NCBI RefSeq assembly: GCF_021869535.1
Contig: NW_026262701.1
Location: 84,258,001-84,322,000, forward strand
Direction of reading: 5' to 3'
Source of the DNA: Mytilus californianus
Taxonomy: Eukaryota
Length of the DNA: 64,000 nucleotides
In this document: positions 1-12,116 of the stretch, one piece after another
Layout of the letters: every line of letters starts with the position of its first letter
Position numbering within the stretch: position 1 is the first letter of the stretch
Position numbers and translations under genes: made by a program
The notes under the pieces: model-generated
What the model was told of the DNA's origin: nothing
Databases searched by the model: none
What the model saw: only the letters and a program-made list of their open reading frames with translations

Positions 1-969
1 TAACTATCATCCATATGTAAAAGTAAATCAATTGACAAAAAAATTACTTATTTTATTACATAACAAAGAAATAAATGTGTTTTGATAGAAGGAAAATCAT
101 GCTATGATGAAAATTAATATAATTTTTCATAGTGAAATATTTTCCCACAGTAAGAATTTTATTTACTGTTTTATGCACTTTAAGAGTTACACCTTACACC
201 ATGTAAGGAAAGCCTAAGTGACCTCTTTTATTTGTTTTGTTTTGACTTACAGGTGGATCACCTTTCAGGTTAACGAGATCTAAGGTAAAGCTCAAAGTAG
301 TACTACCTCTTCAGGAGAGTACTTATGTTTGGTAGAAAATATCTTCAAAAAATGTTTGTCCAAATTTAAATATTCTGATGAAAAGATTTTGAAGTTTTCG
401 AAATAATCTGAATAAATTTTCTTTGGGTAGAAGAGATGAAAAGATAGTTTTGTTTTTTTTTCTAATCTTTTCAGATATTGTAGGTCTTAGATTTACTTGT
501 AATCATGCATAAACGGTGAATAATAATGGAGTATACAATATTTTAAAACAAAGCCCTTTTCTTGCAAAAATTCATAGTTAAACAAATGCTTCATATGCTG
601 GAGACTCATTAAAAAACTCATCATATTTTGTACAAACGCTATTTTGATTCATAACAATGACAAAATTTTAGTGCTGCATGCCAATTTTCACATTATATAA
701 TATTATTTTTCTAAACATCATATTCCATGCAGATGTAAAGCTGAATGGACCATGATAAACCTCCCTGCATTGAGGAATTTAACAACTTAATAAACTCATA
801 TCTGTATATGGAATCTAAAAACAAACAGATGGACGGGGATTGTCAGTCTTTATATAGACTAACTTATATAGCTATAAGAATCGTAATGTTTGATGATTGA
901 CCTAACTATCTTGATAAAATCTTTACTATGAAGGGTAGGTGTAATAATTGCAGGGTAGATTTACTGTTA

Positions 970-2576
970 TCATTACATTAATCTTATTCACATTGACGAA
1001 ATTTGGTTTGTGCACTTTACCTAAGCAAACATCACCTATAATTACCCAACCGAAAAAGAGCTCCTGGCCAAATGGCGTGCCCTTCGGTCCTGTCAACTGT
1101 TTATACACGTGGTGCGCTTCTAGGACATCTCTGCCAATTAAAAGTTGAATGTCTATATTCGGATTCAAATCTAACATTTGATGAGCTATCTCCTGTAAAT
1201 GGGGATAGGATTTTGCTATATCGGGAGTCGGAATTTCTGATTTTTCGTCTGAGATTGCACTGCATTCTATTACTGTGTTTCAAGTTTTCCATTACCAGAC
1301 AATGACTCAATTATCAGACTTTCTGCGCATCTACCGCTCATAATGGTGCGCCCAGCGCAAGATGACATAGTATACTGAGTGGCTGATGTATTTATACCTA
1401 ACTGATCGAACAGCTCTGTCTTAGCAAGAGTCCTGTTACTTTGGTCGTCCAATATAGCGTACAAATAAACGGCTTTATCTGGGAAGTTCTTCAGGTACAC
1501 ATGGACCTGAACGGTTTTTTCCACATGATTTACCACTAAATCCACATAATGACGTGCACTTGGATCACAACGTATGATCATCAGCATTTTGCGATGTTTC
1601 AGATGATTTCTCCCCGCCGTCAGGAGAATTAGATTTTGCAGAAAAATGCATAGCGGTAATATGACAACTACTTCCACAATGTTCACATTTAACTGTCACG
1701 GTACAATTTCTTGACATATGTGTTGTCGAATGACAGCATTTGAAACAAATCTTATTGTCCTTCAGGTATGATATTTTCTACGTTCTTCATAAGTCTTTGC
1801 TTTGAAAGCTCGACAAGTATTCAAATTTTGATTGGCTTTATGAATAGGACAACGAACAGCCTCTTTCTCTTCGTTCTGTTTCAGATTCACATCCGTTTTT
1901 CGGTTAAAAGCAGACGTTGCGCTATGGTTAACTTTTCGAGTATCATTTGTTTTTTTTTAGAATATGTCGTTTCAGTATTTTTATAAATAAAGGCAGGATC
2001 GTTTTTGACAGCACTAACCTCTCTGATAAATTTCACAAAATACGAAAAAGGTGGAAATGGTACATTGTTTCTCAGTTTGTATTGCATTGCGATGCGCGTG
2101 TTGTCCACTTCTCTTGTATACTGTACGGTAATTTTTCCACGATTAGTAAAACACCAGAGGAAGAGTCGAAATATGACAATGAATTCGAAAATATCTCATT
2201 CTCCTTCGAAGATTCGATTTGTGTGAGTATATCCAATAGTTCATAAAGTCGACTATGATCCTTGTTTGTTAATTTTGGAAACTTCTGTAGTTTTGTTTTA
2301 ATTGCCTCCTCTACCATCTCCGGTCTACCATAGCGTTCGTCGAGGCGCTCCCATATACGACAAAGACCAGTATTTGGATTGTTCACATTCGACGCACGAA
2401 TATTTTGCGAAAACTTAGAAGATTCACGGCCGAGCCATTTTACTATTAAGTCCATTTCTTCGAAAGCCGTAACTGAGAGTTCTTCTTAAATACTTTTAAA
2501 AGTAGCTTTCCATGAAGCGTAAGTTTCCTGACAGTCATCAAAGTTCTGAAACCTAGAAAGTAATAAATCTTTCTTT
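970..2576 (-). pseudogene. BEL/Pao gag C-terminal part, zinc knuckle and aspartic protease
   Basis: ORFs 2072-2455, 1887-2108, 1270-1686 and 926-1177 carry the gag, ILDDQS protease and GWVIIG motifs, split by stops and frameshifts. Confidence 0.88.
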
Positions 2577-2578
2577 AA

Positions 2579-3677
2579 CAAGAGTGCATACGCTGAAATG
2601 TCTCGCCTTCTTAACTAATCACTGATATTATGTTGATAGTCCTAAATAAAAAGCTTTATTACAACTGTCACATAAACTTAACATTAACCAAGAAAACTAA
2701 ACATTGACCAATGAACCATGAAAATGAGGTCAAGGTCAGATGAACCATGCCAGGCAGGCATGTACAACTAACAATTCTTCCATACAACAAATATAGTTGA
2801 CCTATTGCTTATCATGCTTATAGTTCAAGAAAAACAGACCAAAACACAAAAACTTAACACTGACCAATGAACTGTGAAAATGAGGTCAAGGTCAAATAAA
2901 ACCTGTGCGACTGACATATAGATCATAAAATATTTCCAAACACCAAATATAGTTGATCTATTGCATATAGTATTAGAAAAAAAGACCAAAACTCAAAATC
3001 TTAACTTTGACCACTGAACCATGAAATGAGGTCAAGGTCAAATGACACCTGCCAGCTAGACATGTACACCTTACAATCATTCCATAAACCAAATATAGTA
3101 GACTTATTGCATACAGTATAAGAAAAACAGACCAAAACACAAAAACTTAACTATAACCACTGAACCATTAAAATGAGGTCAAGGTCAGATGACACCTGCC
3201 AGTTGGAAATGTACACCTTACAGTCCTTCCATACACCGAATATACTTGACCTATTGCTTATAGTATCTGAGATATGGACTTGACCACCAAAACTTAACCT
3301 TGTTCACTGATCCATGAAATGAGGTCGAGGTCAAGTGAAAACTGTCTGACGGGCATGAGGACCTTGCAAGGTACGCACATACCAAATATAGTTATCCTAC
3401 TACTTATAATAAGAGAGAATTTAACATTACAAAAAATGTTAACTTTTTTTTCAAGTAGTCACTGAACCATGAAAATGAGGTCAAGGACATTGGACATGTA
3501 AGTGACGGAAACTTCGTAACATGAGGCATCCATATACAAAGTATGAAGCATCCAGGTCTTCCATCTTCTAAAATATAAAGCTTTCAAGAAGTTATAGCTA
3601 ACGCCGCCGCTGCCGTAGCCGCCGCCGGATCACTATCCCTATGTCGAGCTTTCTGCGACAAAAGTCGCAGGCTCGAC
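2579..3677 (-). mobile_element. Helentron-associated (HINE-like) non-autonomous element, family A, inserted in gag
   Basis: Terminal hairpin GTCGAGC-CTGCGAC-TTTT-GTCGCAG-AAA-GCTCGAC, a (GGC)-rich tract, about 6 internal 146-156 bp repeats (TGAGGTCAAGG at 2725, 2881, 3027, 3174, 3320, 3476) and an end ...GCACTCTTG. It sits in a TT (AA) site. Confidence 0.8.
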
Positions 3678-3682
3678 AATAA

Positions 3683-4751
3683 AAACTTAGTCAAGTCGAA
3701 CACTACAGACTGATCATGTTTTGGTGGCAGTTGTGGCTGAGTAAATTCAAAATCAGCTGCACACGGATTTATGGTTTGTTTTGTTTGAACTTCTGGTTTT
3801 ATATCTTCAGCTATCGATCTATCCAAATCATCAACTTCATATTTCGGCAAATTCATTAGCGTAGGATTCATGTTAAAATGGTTCCGAGATGCCGGGGTAT
3901 GCGAACTTAAATTATCAAGATTCTTCGGAATAACTTGTGGAACATTGTTATTCTTGTCTTGAGTTCTGAGTTGTTCTACTTCTTTAAATTGTTCATTCAC
4001 ACATTTCTCTTGTTAGTGTCATTTTCACTTTTTCTAATGGCTCTTTGTCTTCTTGTAACGACAACGATCTTTTATCGCTCTCGGCCTCTTCTAAAACTTT
4101 GACCTCGACCTCTGCGACTGCGGTATCTGTCTGTTGTTTAAGCAGTGCTAAATCTGCATCAACTTCAGCCTGTTCATGATCCCTTAAAGCCTTAAGCTGT
4201 ATTTCTAATTCACTTAATCTTGCTTTTTGCTTAATTAATTTTGTTTGTTGCTCAAAATATTGTAACTTTATTCGCATCAGCTGTTACACGTTTCTGAGCT
4301 ATAACCGAACTCGAAATAGATCCACTTTTACCACTATTGTTTGAACGGACAGACTGCATAGGAGCTACTGACATTGTTTCGGCTGCGGTTAATTTCAATG
4401 TCTTAATTGGTTGTATTGTATTGTCAATTATTTCAGTGCACTTTTTAAACTCCTTCTTAAAAGCGGATAATGTTTCATTACACTGTCTTCACTATTTTTG
4501 CGTGTTCAAAACTGAATATAATTATCTGAGTTTTCACAATATTTTTCACGGAACTTTTTCTCTAGTTTGCGTAGAGGTTTTAACTCCTTCGGGCAATCTG
4601 TAAATTCTTCTAGTAAATTTTCAACAGCTTCCCACGACCCGTCAATTCGCTTAAGGTACTTTACCTTGCGTGATTCATAAAGATCTTGATCTTTCTCTGT
4701 CATCTTATGTTCATGTGTCGTCTCAGACGGAAGGGGTTGTGATTGTGCCAT
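3683..4751 (-). pseudogene. BEL/Pao gag N-terminal part (coiled-coil, frameshifted)
   Basis: ORFs 4506-4751, 3993-4277 and 3584-4000 are successive frames. The FDLTKFLL codons rejoin KKDLLLSRF across the 2579-3677 insertion. Confidence 0.75.
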
Positions 4752-4829
4752 TTCGTAAAATTGTTTGTAGGAACTACAATGTCTGCATATTATTCTGTAT
4801 TAAACTACGCCGACTCACAATCTTTTTAC

Positions 4830-5288
4830 TGTTCTGCCTCAGTGCATAGTATAACGTTAACCATAAGCCACAAACAGGTATAATCATTTATTCCGAAATC
4901 CACGAAACAATGAATTCTACATATGTGTGCTGTGATATTGGTAAAAAGCTACAAAAAACAAAAACAAAAACCTTAGCTAACTCATCATACTCATGACTGC
5001 AAAAATCATAAAACTAACTGTTCAAATCTATGTCAAATCATTCAAAAATTATAGCACCAAATGGCTTTCCGTACATTTTGTAAAAACGCTGACATAATTA
5101 ATGATAATCATATTTCACGTTTGGTTGATATACAAATATACAAAGTTTATCTTAATGAGAAAACTTATTTAAAACTATCACCATAATATCATTAATAACT
5201 ATGAATTATAAACTTACATTGTGCGTCGCCGTAGTTTTGATACTTTTAAATGCGTGTGCCCACGATTATGCTTTCAATTTAGGGAACA
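4830..5288 (-). repeat. 5' LTR of the BEL/Pao element
   Basis: On the minus strand it starts TGTTCCC and ends GCAGAACA (TG...CA with short TGTTC/GAACA inverted ends). It is followed by GTAAAAAG and then gag. No second copy is seen in the window. Confidence 0.65.
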
Positions 5289-6569
5289 ATAAATGATGGG
5301 GGAAAGAAACGAACTTCAAAGCATAACAAATCTAACACTCAAAAAAGTTCGGGAAAACGTATGAAAACTGATATAAGTTCTTTTAAACAATAAAAAATTA
5401 ACACTGGTAACAGTACAATTGCATTCAATCAATTTCACCTCTGAGATCTAAACTTAAGTGAAGTGTCTGAAACTCTGGAAAATACATTGGAGAGAAACAA
5501 ATTTATTTCGTACTTTGATGTTATATATAGTAAAAATACTTTTACTAATCCCCCTTTTTAAATAAATTCAATGTAGGAAATGGTTTTATGTTCAAATTTA
5601 TATAAACACAATTACAAACTGTCTAAAACTTATTTAACAAACATAATAAAATTATGATTAAATCTAGCATCTACGTTTATTTAATTTAAAGAGAGTACAT
5701 CGGTTTAAAAAAAAATATCACTACTAACAAAGTGCGAATGAGACACATGATTGATTTGTTCAACAGTTTAATCTGCGGTAACGTGTTCCTTTATTCTGCT
5801 TCCCATATTCATCGTCGTTGATAAGCGAAGTTTTGCATTAAGTTCCTATACAGGCAACACTATCAGATTTATAAATAGAAAAACTTGTATATCAACGCCG
5901 AAACCTGAATATTATAAAAAATTTTGTAGTCCCCTAGGTCATGAAGCAAGTTCTCGATTTGCACTTTGTACACAGGGTGAGGTTTAGGTTGTTTATCAAA
6001 TTCTTGATTAGCTATTTTGTCCAAGGAACAATGTGTGACTTGCACATCAAAACTTGGTAAAACATTTAAGTCAGATGAAAGATTTTTCCCTGATTATGAT
6101 AATAAAAATTTTTAACTTGTGGTCTTTGTCTTGCGGCATGATCTATCAAGCGTAAGAAGCATTATTTTTTTTTCTCATTTTAATTGTACTTGAAAATGAT
6201 GTTAGGAAGAATGAGAGCAACACCAGAGTTCGATGTTTATATCCAAAGACGAACGAGGATAAATCTTTTGCAAAAAGAAATACCTAAAAGCAACAAAAAC
6301 AAACTTACAATACTTATGCATTATCAACCAAATTGGTGCTAAAGGAGACAACCCATAACATGAGAAAAATAGCTGTGAAATAAGTATTGGCAGTGTTAAA
6401 ATCAATTTGAAAGGTTTTTTTTCAAGAAACCGTCTTGATGAGTGACAAAATTATTGTATTGGAAGGTGACTTTAATAAAATGTTTTTGTATAATTGTCAA
6501 TTGTTCTTTCGTTGTATTTTTTCATATGAAAAAACAAATTGTGTGAATTGATTGATCTTTTTTCAGTTC

Positions 6570-6794
6570 GTGACGTCATTCTATTGTTGTACCCGTTCTT
6601 TATTTCAGTGATAGGACTATCATTTACCTTTAAGAATCAATTATGCTACCTTCAACTGTCCAATATTTGTTAAGAAAGAGATGGGTTATTCTTAAAAATA
6701 TTGGACAGTTAAAGGTAACATAATGGTTTCTTATAGCTAAATGATAGTCTTATCACTGAAATAAAGAACGGGTACAACAATAGAATGACGTCAC
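6570..6794. repeat. Near-perfect ~225-bp palindrome (MITE-like hairpin)
   Basis: GTGACGTCATTCTATTGTTGTACCCGTTCTTTATTTCAGTGATA... pairs with ...TATCACTGAAATAAAGAACGGGTACAACAATAGAATGACGTCAC. The loop is about 12 nt. Confidence 0.9.
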
Positions 6795-7240
6795 AACAAT
6801 GTTTTGAATCTAATGTCTTCTATATGTTTACTTGCTTGATTTTTATAAAAGTCTTATAACAATTCATTAAAATTCCTAATTACAGTCAGCTAATGTTCTC
6901 ATTCATGTATACACAACATCACTTTTTATTCATAAGAAGATAACATTTCTGACATCTAAAATCACTTTATTAGGTACTGAACATTTAAAATACAAAAATT
7001 CTATAATTCAAGCATTACTTGCATTCTGAGCAGATGTTTATACTTATGCCTTAATTTATCACTGTTCTCATCAGTTACTTACATCATTTTCTGTGACTAT
7101 CTTTTTTATCTTTTCCTGTTACTGAATTCTTCCTTTTTATTGAAAATAAAAGTAGAAATAATGTCATTACATTGTCCACATCAGATTGTCTAAAGACAAC
7201 ATGTCATTTATGAAATATGTGTGTGTGGTTCAATCTTTAG

Positions 7241-7387
7241 TTTTCTGTGTAGTGTTTTGATGACTGTTGTAGTTTCATGTGTAGTGTTTTGAGGACTGTT
7301 GTAGTTTTCGGTGTAGTGTTTTGAAGACTGTTGTAGTTTTCTGTGAAGTGTTTTGTGAACGGTTGTAGTTTTCTGTGTAGTGTTTTG
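7241..7387. repeat. 32-bp minisatellite, ~4.6 copies
   Basis: Unit TTTTCTGTGTAGTGTTTTGATGACTGTTGTAG starts at 7241, 7273, 7305, 7337 and 7369. Confidence 0.9.
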
Positions 7388-7519
7388 TTTATGATAGATA
7401 TTATTTTGTTCACTCACTGTAGCATACAAATCATACCAAAAAAAACTATGTATTTTTTGAAAATTGTAGGCAAATTTTATACAAATTATGTATATGAAAT
7501 TATAAATTAAGGCTGAATA

Positions 7520-7700
7520 GATGCCATGTCTTTCAGCTACATGATGACAATGTCAATATATAACCATGAGGCGTCATAGTTAGTCCAAACTCTCCATGGA
7601 TGGCTGCAAGACCAGATCGTAAAGTGTATCATCCATCTAGGGTACCATAGTTTTGGCCTGTTGGAAATCAAATGCCCAGTGAAACCATTATTTGTTATAG
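7520..7700 (+). pseudogene. YqaJ/lambda-exonuclease-like (PD-(D/E)XK) fragment
   Basis: Translates DNVNI*P*GVIVSPNSPWMAARPDRKVYHPSRVP*, then after a frameshift FGLLEIKCPV, matching the A-S-P-D-G...EIKCP motif pattern. Confidence 0.8.
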
Positions 7701-8012
7701 GTATCAACACTGTGCATAAGAATTTTGAATACTAGTTGAGGCAATCTAGACTTAAAAAATGTAATGGACCACAATATGATCAGTGAGGCATAAAAAATAT
7801 ACTGGGCTCTCCGCTAACATGCTGAAGAAATAAGGGTAAAACTCTAGGCAATTAATTATTTTTGACAGGTTTATACATGGGAAATAGTGATTCTTTAAAA
7901 TGTGCTTGTTTACAAATGACAAAAAAAAATGGTTGGAAGTTTTAGCATAATTATAGAAAAGTATTTTTTTAGCAGGCCAGATTTTAATTTTTAATTTTGA
8001 TTTTAATTTTTA

Positions 8013-8245
8013 TCAACGCCATTCTTTACCTAATGGACCTCTAAATAAAGTAAGCATATTAGCAACAGTCCACAGTTGATTGATTGTGCCCATCATACTA
8101 AGGGGAATTATTTTGTCGAAGAGGTAGTACTCCTTTACCCTACGGATATGTCTTTTAATATGTATTCTTAGCTTCGCTATGGTTTGTGTCTCTTCCACTT
8201 CTTGTTTAGTGAATTGACCATAGCTCATAAGAAAAGGAGGAGTTT
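8013..8245 (-). pseudogene. DDE_Tnp_4 (Harbinger/ISL2EU-type) transposase C-terminal fragment
   Basis: PPFLMSYGQFTKQEVEETQTIAKLRIHIKRHIRRVKEY...QLWTVANML matches the PPF...QFT..E....IA..RIHVERAI..IK motif. Confidence 0.85.
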
Positions 8246-8558
8246 TTTCTGTGATGAACTTAAATTGTAAAAGTTAGCCACAAATGAATGTAGGAATTTG
8301 ATTTTTCTGAACTTTTACCGAAATTAGATGTGTATACATTAGATTTTTGATTAAAAAAATCTAGGCCATCAAACTTGTTTACCAGATATATGGGATTAAA
8401 ATAGTTTAAAATAATATACTGTATATAAAGGGGGATTTTTTGTATGAACCAAGAACAAAATCTCTTCTATTGGAATTGTTAACTTGTTTACTATGTGATA
8501 TGTTGAAGCTATCAAGGACAGCATACTTCAGGAAATATGGGTTATATGTTGGTTTTTT

Positions 8559-8584
8559 TGCGTGAACCCCTGAGGGTTCACGCA
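8559..8584. repeat. Perfect 11-bp stem hairpin
   Basis: TGCGTGAACCC-ctga-GGGTTCACGCA; resembles a Helitron/HINE terminal hairpin. Confidence 0.7.
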
Positions 8585-8941
8585 TATATATTAGTTAGAA
8601 ATATAGTCTATGGAGGAATATTCGGAAGCTATATTATTGTTCATTCGGAACACCTATTCATCTTATCTGTATTAGCTTCCTGCAATTAAGAGTACCTCCA
8701 TACGGTGTATCTAAGATATTTAAAACATGACAATAAAGAATTTCACAGATCGCTAATTCACTTATCTGATATATGATAATAAACAATCTATAGATCCTTT
8801 TCAAACATGTATATTTATTGTAAAGCTACATTTTATGCATTGCAAGGGTTTAATTACTGACGTGTTTTTAATATATGTGACTTAACATCAAGAATTCCAT
8901 TATTATGGAATCGTTCACTTTTGTACACTTCGGTATCTAAA

Positions 8942-9482
8942 TAGAGAGTGGTAAAAGGGAGGGTCAGAACACGGAAACACGTGAAATAACAAATCGAAAA
9001 AACGTTGCACGAAAAAAAAACACTCTGGAAAAACGAAACCAATGAATAAAATCGTAAATATTAAAGAAAAAAGTACCAAAAGTTATTACTCAGCCGTTCT
9101 TGGAGATCATGCAGTCATTATAAATGGACATGGCGACCCTGCATTTGGTCACCTTTTAGCGTCCGTTAGTTGCATCCGATTTATCATAGTAATACAATAG
9201 GCTATTAATAAATATCTTGGGACCAGTTAATTAGTTAATAATTTAAAACAATATATTTGGGTTGACTTTGAATTAGTCCCGGATTACTTTTTAATCAAAT
9301 GCGGGACAAGCACGAGAAAATAAGAGTACCGACACGAAACACGGAAAATAATTTAGGGAAAACACAAAGCACGCACATCGAACCAAACACGAGAAAACGA
9401 GGAATAAAACGTCGAAACACGGAAACACTTGAAATAAAAAGGCCGAAAACGTTGCACGAAAATAATCCTTTACCACCCTCTA
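8942..9482. mobile_element. MITE-like element with short TIRs and AACACG-rich internal repeats
   Basis: Left end TAGAGAGTGGTAAAAGG; right end CCTTTACCACCCTCTA. An ACACGGAAACAC.TGAAATAA...AAACGTTGCACGAAAA block occurs near both ends. Confidence 0.55.
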
Positions 9483-10396
9483 AATAGGCCATACTAGATG
9501 TCGACACCTCACATTAGAACTTAAGTAGATAGTCAATTTCGTTTGCAGGGTTAAAGAAATCTTCAGCTTGCTCTAATTTGCCTGTGAAGACCATAAAACC
9601 GTCATCCCTATTGACGGTGTAATTTGATGTTTTCACTCCATTGGAACTTATCTAAGATTTTAATTAATAGGGCAGACAGATGCAGATCTGTGCATGTTTG
9701 TTACAATGGGCGCTCCTATAATGTGTTTGTATAACACGTTTTGTCTTTTTTTTTTTAAAAACAACTTGTTTATATAATAACCACTGTCAATGAAAACTAT
9801 ATTGTCATTTTTTTCATTGATGCATAAAGTGGAAATAACCATCCGTTCTCTTTAAAAGGGAGATAACAAAAAAAAGCTAAATTTTCATTATAAAAATAGT
9901 TTTGGATTTGGAAAATATACATATATATATATCATACCTCTATTTTGAGTTTAAGCAGCATCCTACTGACCAGCAAACTAGCAATGCATACCAATGTATG
10001 TAAAATCCAGCATCCCATTAACCAGCAGTAGTCAACCAGTGTACCAATTCAGCCTTCTTCTGACCAGCAGCAGTCAACTTGTGTATATTATCATACTTCA
10101 TTTTGTTGAGTGTAAAACTATTCAAAACAGCTGATTGCATTTTCAAAATGATTTTTGATAATAACAGTTTGAAAAATGAAATGCTATTTTGAGAATGATT
10201 CTAGTGGATATGTAGAATTTTAGCTTCATCTATGTAAATGTAGTAACTAAAAAAGAATTATGTTAATAAGAAAGAACATTATGTACTTTATCATGAAAAA
10301 TGAGACTGTGACTGTTTCAATAAAAACATAATGAACATGGCACAGATGATTCTAGAAAAGCCCTTCATCAACACCAAATTTATAAAATTTGATTAG

Positions 10397-10688
10397 AACA
10401 AGAATGTGTCCATAGTACACGGATGCCACACTCGCACTGTCATTTTTTATATGTTCAGTCTACCGTGGGGTCAAAACTCTAATTTGGCATTAAAATTAGA
10501 AATATCATATCATAGGGAACATGTGTACTAAGTTTCAAGTTGATTGGACTTCAACTTCATCAAAAACTACCTTGACCAAAAACTTTTATCCTGAAGCGAG
10601 ACAGACGGACGGACGGACGGACGGACGGACGGACGAACGGACGAACTGACGCACAGACCGAAAAACATAATGCCCCTAGGTGGGGCTT
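10397..10688 (-). mobile_element. HINE-like short element with (GGAC)n microsatellite
   Basis: AACAAGAATGTGTCCATAGTACACGGATG start, a (GGAC)n tract at ~10606-10645, and a GCCCCTAGGTGGGGC hairpin at the other end. Confidence 0.7.
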
Positions 10689-12116
10689 AAAAAAGGATTA
10701 CCTGGTTTGTTATGCGATCATAAACCATTATTAGGTGATATTAAACAATTATTGACTTTTGATCAGATTGATACAAATAGATTATGGAGAGTTTTTCAAA
10801 CGAGTAGCGTGATATGAAAACTTATCACTGAAAAAGATCAAAGCAAAATTTACGAAAAAATTTATCAACCTCAGATATACGATATTTGCTAAGGCCAACA
10901 CCATACCACTGGGGTTGATAAAATCTGAAATTGGAACACTTTTATGATAGGTATTGATTACTAGTATTTCAATATATAATCTATTGAGTTAATCTATTGA
11001 GTTATATATATATATATATATATAATATATGTGTAAATCTTCATAAATAACTAAATAACTTGTTAAAAAGCTGCGGTCATCCAAAAAATTATATTGTTTA
11101 CTTTGTCAGACAAAAAATATCTGACCATAACCATGATAACATAACAACATGTTGTACAATAAGCTGCTTCGCATCAAATTTTAAGTTTTAATTATTTTTG
11201 CAGACTTAAATAATTAACAAACCAAGAATGTCACCTGATTTTCTTTCTCATGCATGTGAGTTGCTTACATGTAGTTTAAGTCGAAATGATTTACCTCTCC
11301 ACAGATTCAGGTTTTCGCTCTGGGACCGTTGCCCCATTTGTTTTGGGGTATTTAGGTTTTTATATACCTCTGATATTTTATTCTCAAATAAATATATATC
11401 TCAAAGGTTCGTGAAAAAAAAACCAAGCAAAAAATGATAATCTGGTAGGAGCAATTCAACATAAATATCACATTTTGTAACCAGACTCAAGTTGGCTGCC
11501 ACTTTTAGCAGCCAATCCAGATAGCAGCCACTTTTTTCCAGCAGCCAATTTTGATGATATGTCTAAAAACCCAAAAATTATAACAGAGTCAAACGTTCCA
11601 AAAATCTCAAAATCTAAGTTAAATGTAATTTAACAGCGGAATTCGACAATTTCACGGCTTGTAGTGATTCTCAAAGGATTTCAGTCCATTTTTAATACCA
11701 ATAATGATAGTAGCCACCTTTTTTCGAAATTCTAGCTACCAATACGATATATATTGTTTTTTAACGTCTAAATGACCGGAGATGTTCAGCCTTTTTTGTT
11801 GGACAAACCAACTCCAATGACGTCAGTAACTGAAAGAACTTACTAACCTGATTTCTAAATCCCGGAAATCGTTTTATGACCCCTTTAAGCTGTCGTAAAT
11901 TCTCGTTGTCGAATATAAACCATTATGTCAGTTGCATAATTCTTTATGTAAAATATAGTTTTATCAATAAAACAACATTTAAGATGTATTTTGTATGCAA
12001 TATTTCTTAAATCAATAAAAAAAATATCCTAAGGGCTAGAAACATTTGAAAAATATAAATTGAAATATTTATGGAAAGCCCCCTTCTACCCCAAAAAATG
12101 TATAGTGGAAACCTAC

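Larger units (their letters stand above)
960..5288 (-). mobile_element. BEL/Pao LTR retrotransposon, degenerate and 3'-truncated (5' LTR, gag, zinc knuckles, protease; no RT/RNaseH/integrase)
   Basis: Broken minus-strand frames encode Pao gag-like LIVKWLGRES...RIWERLDERYGRPE and VPFPPFSYFVKF, Cys/His knuckles (CFKCCHSTTH..CEHCGSSCH), an aspartic protease motif YAILDDQSNRTL, and LLIGRD...FGWVIIG. Stops and frameshifts are present. Homology ends near 970. Confidence 0.9.

Noticed and set aside
3584-3682. Ala-rich C-terminus of ORF 3584-4000 (DPAAATAAAALAITS)
   Set aside because: It is read-through from gag into the GGC tract of the inserted HINE, not a real domain.
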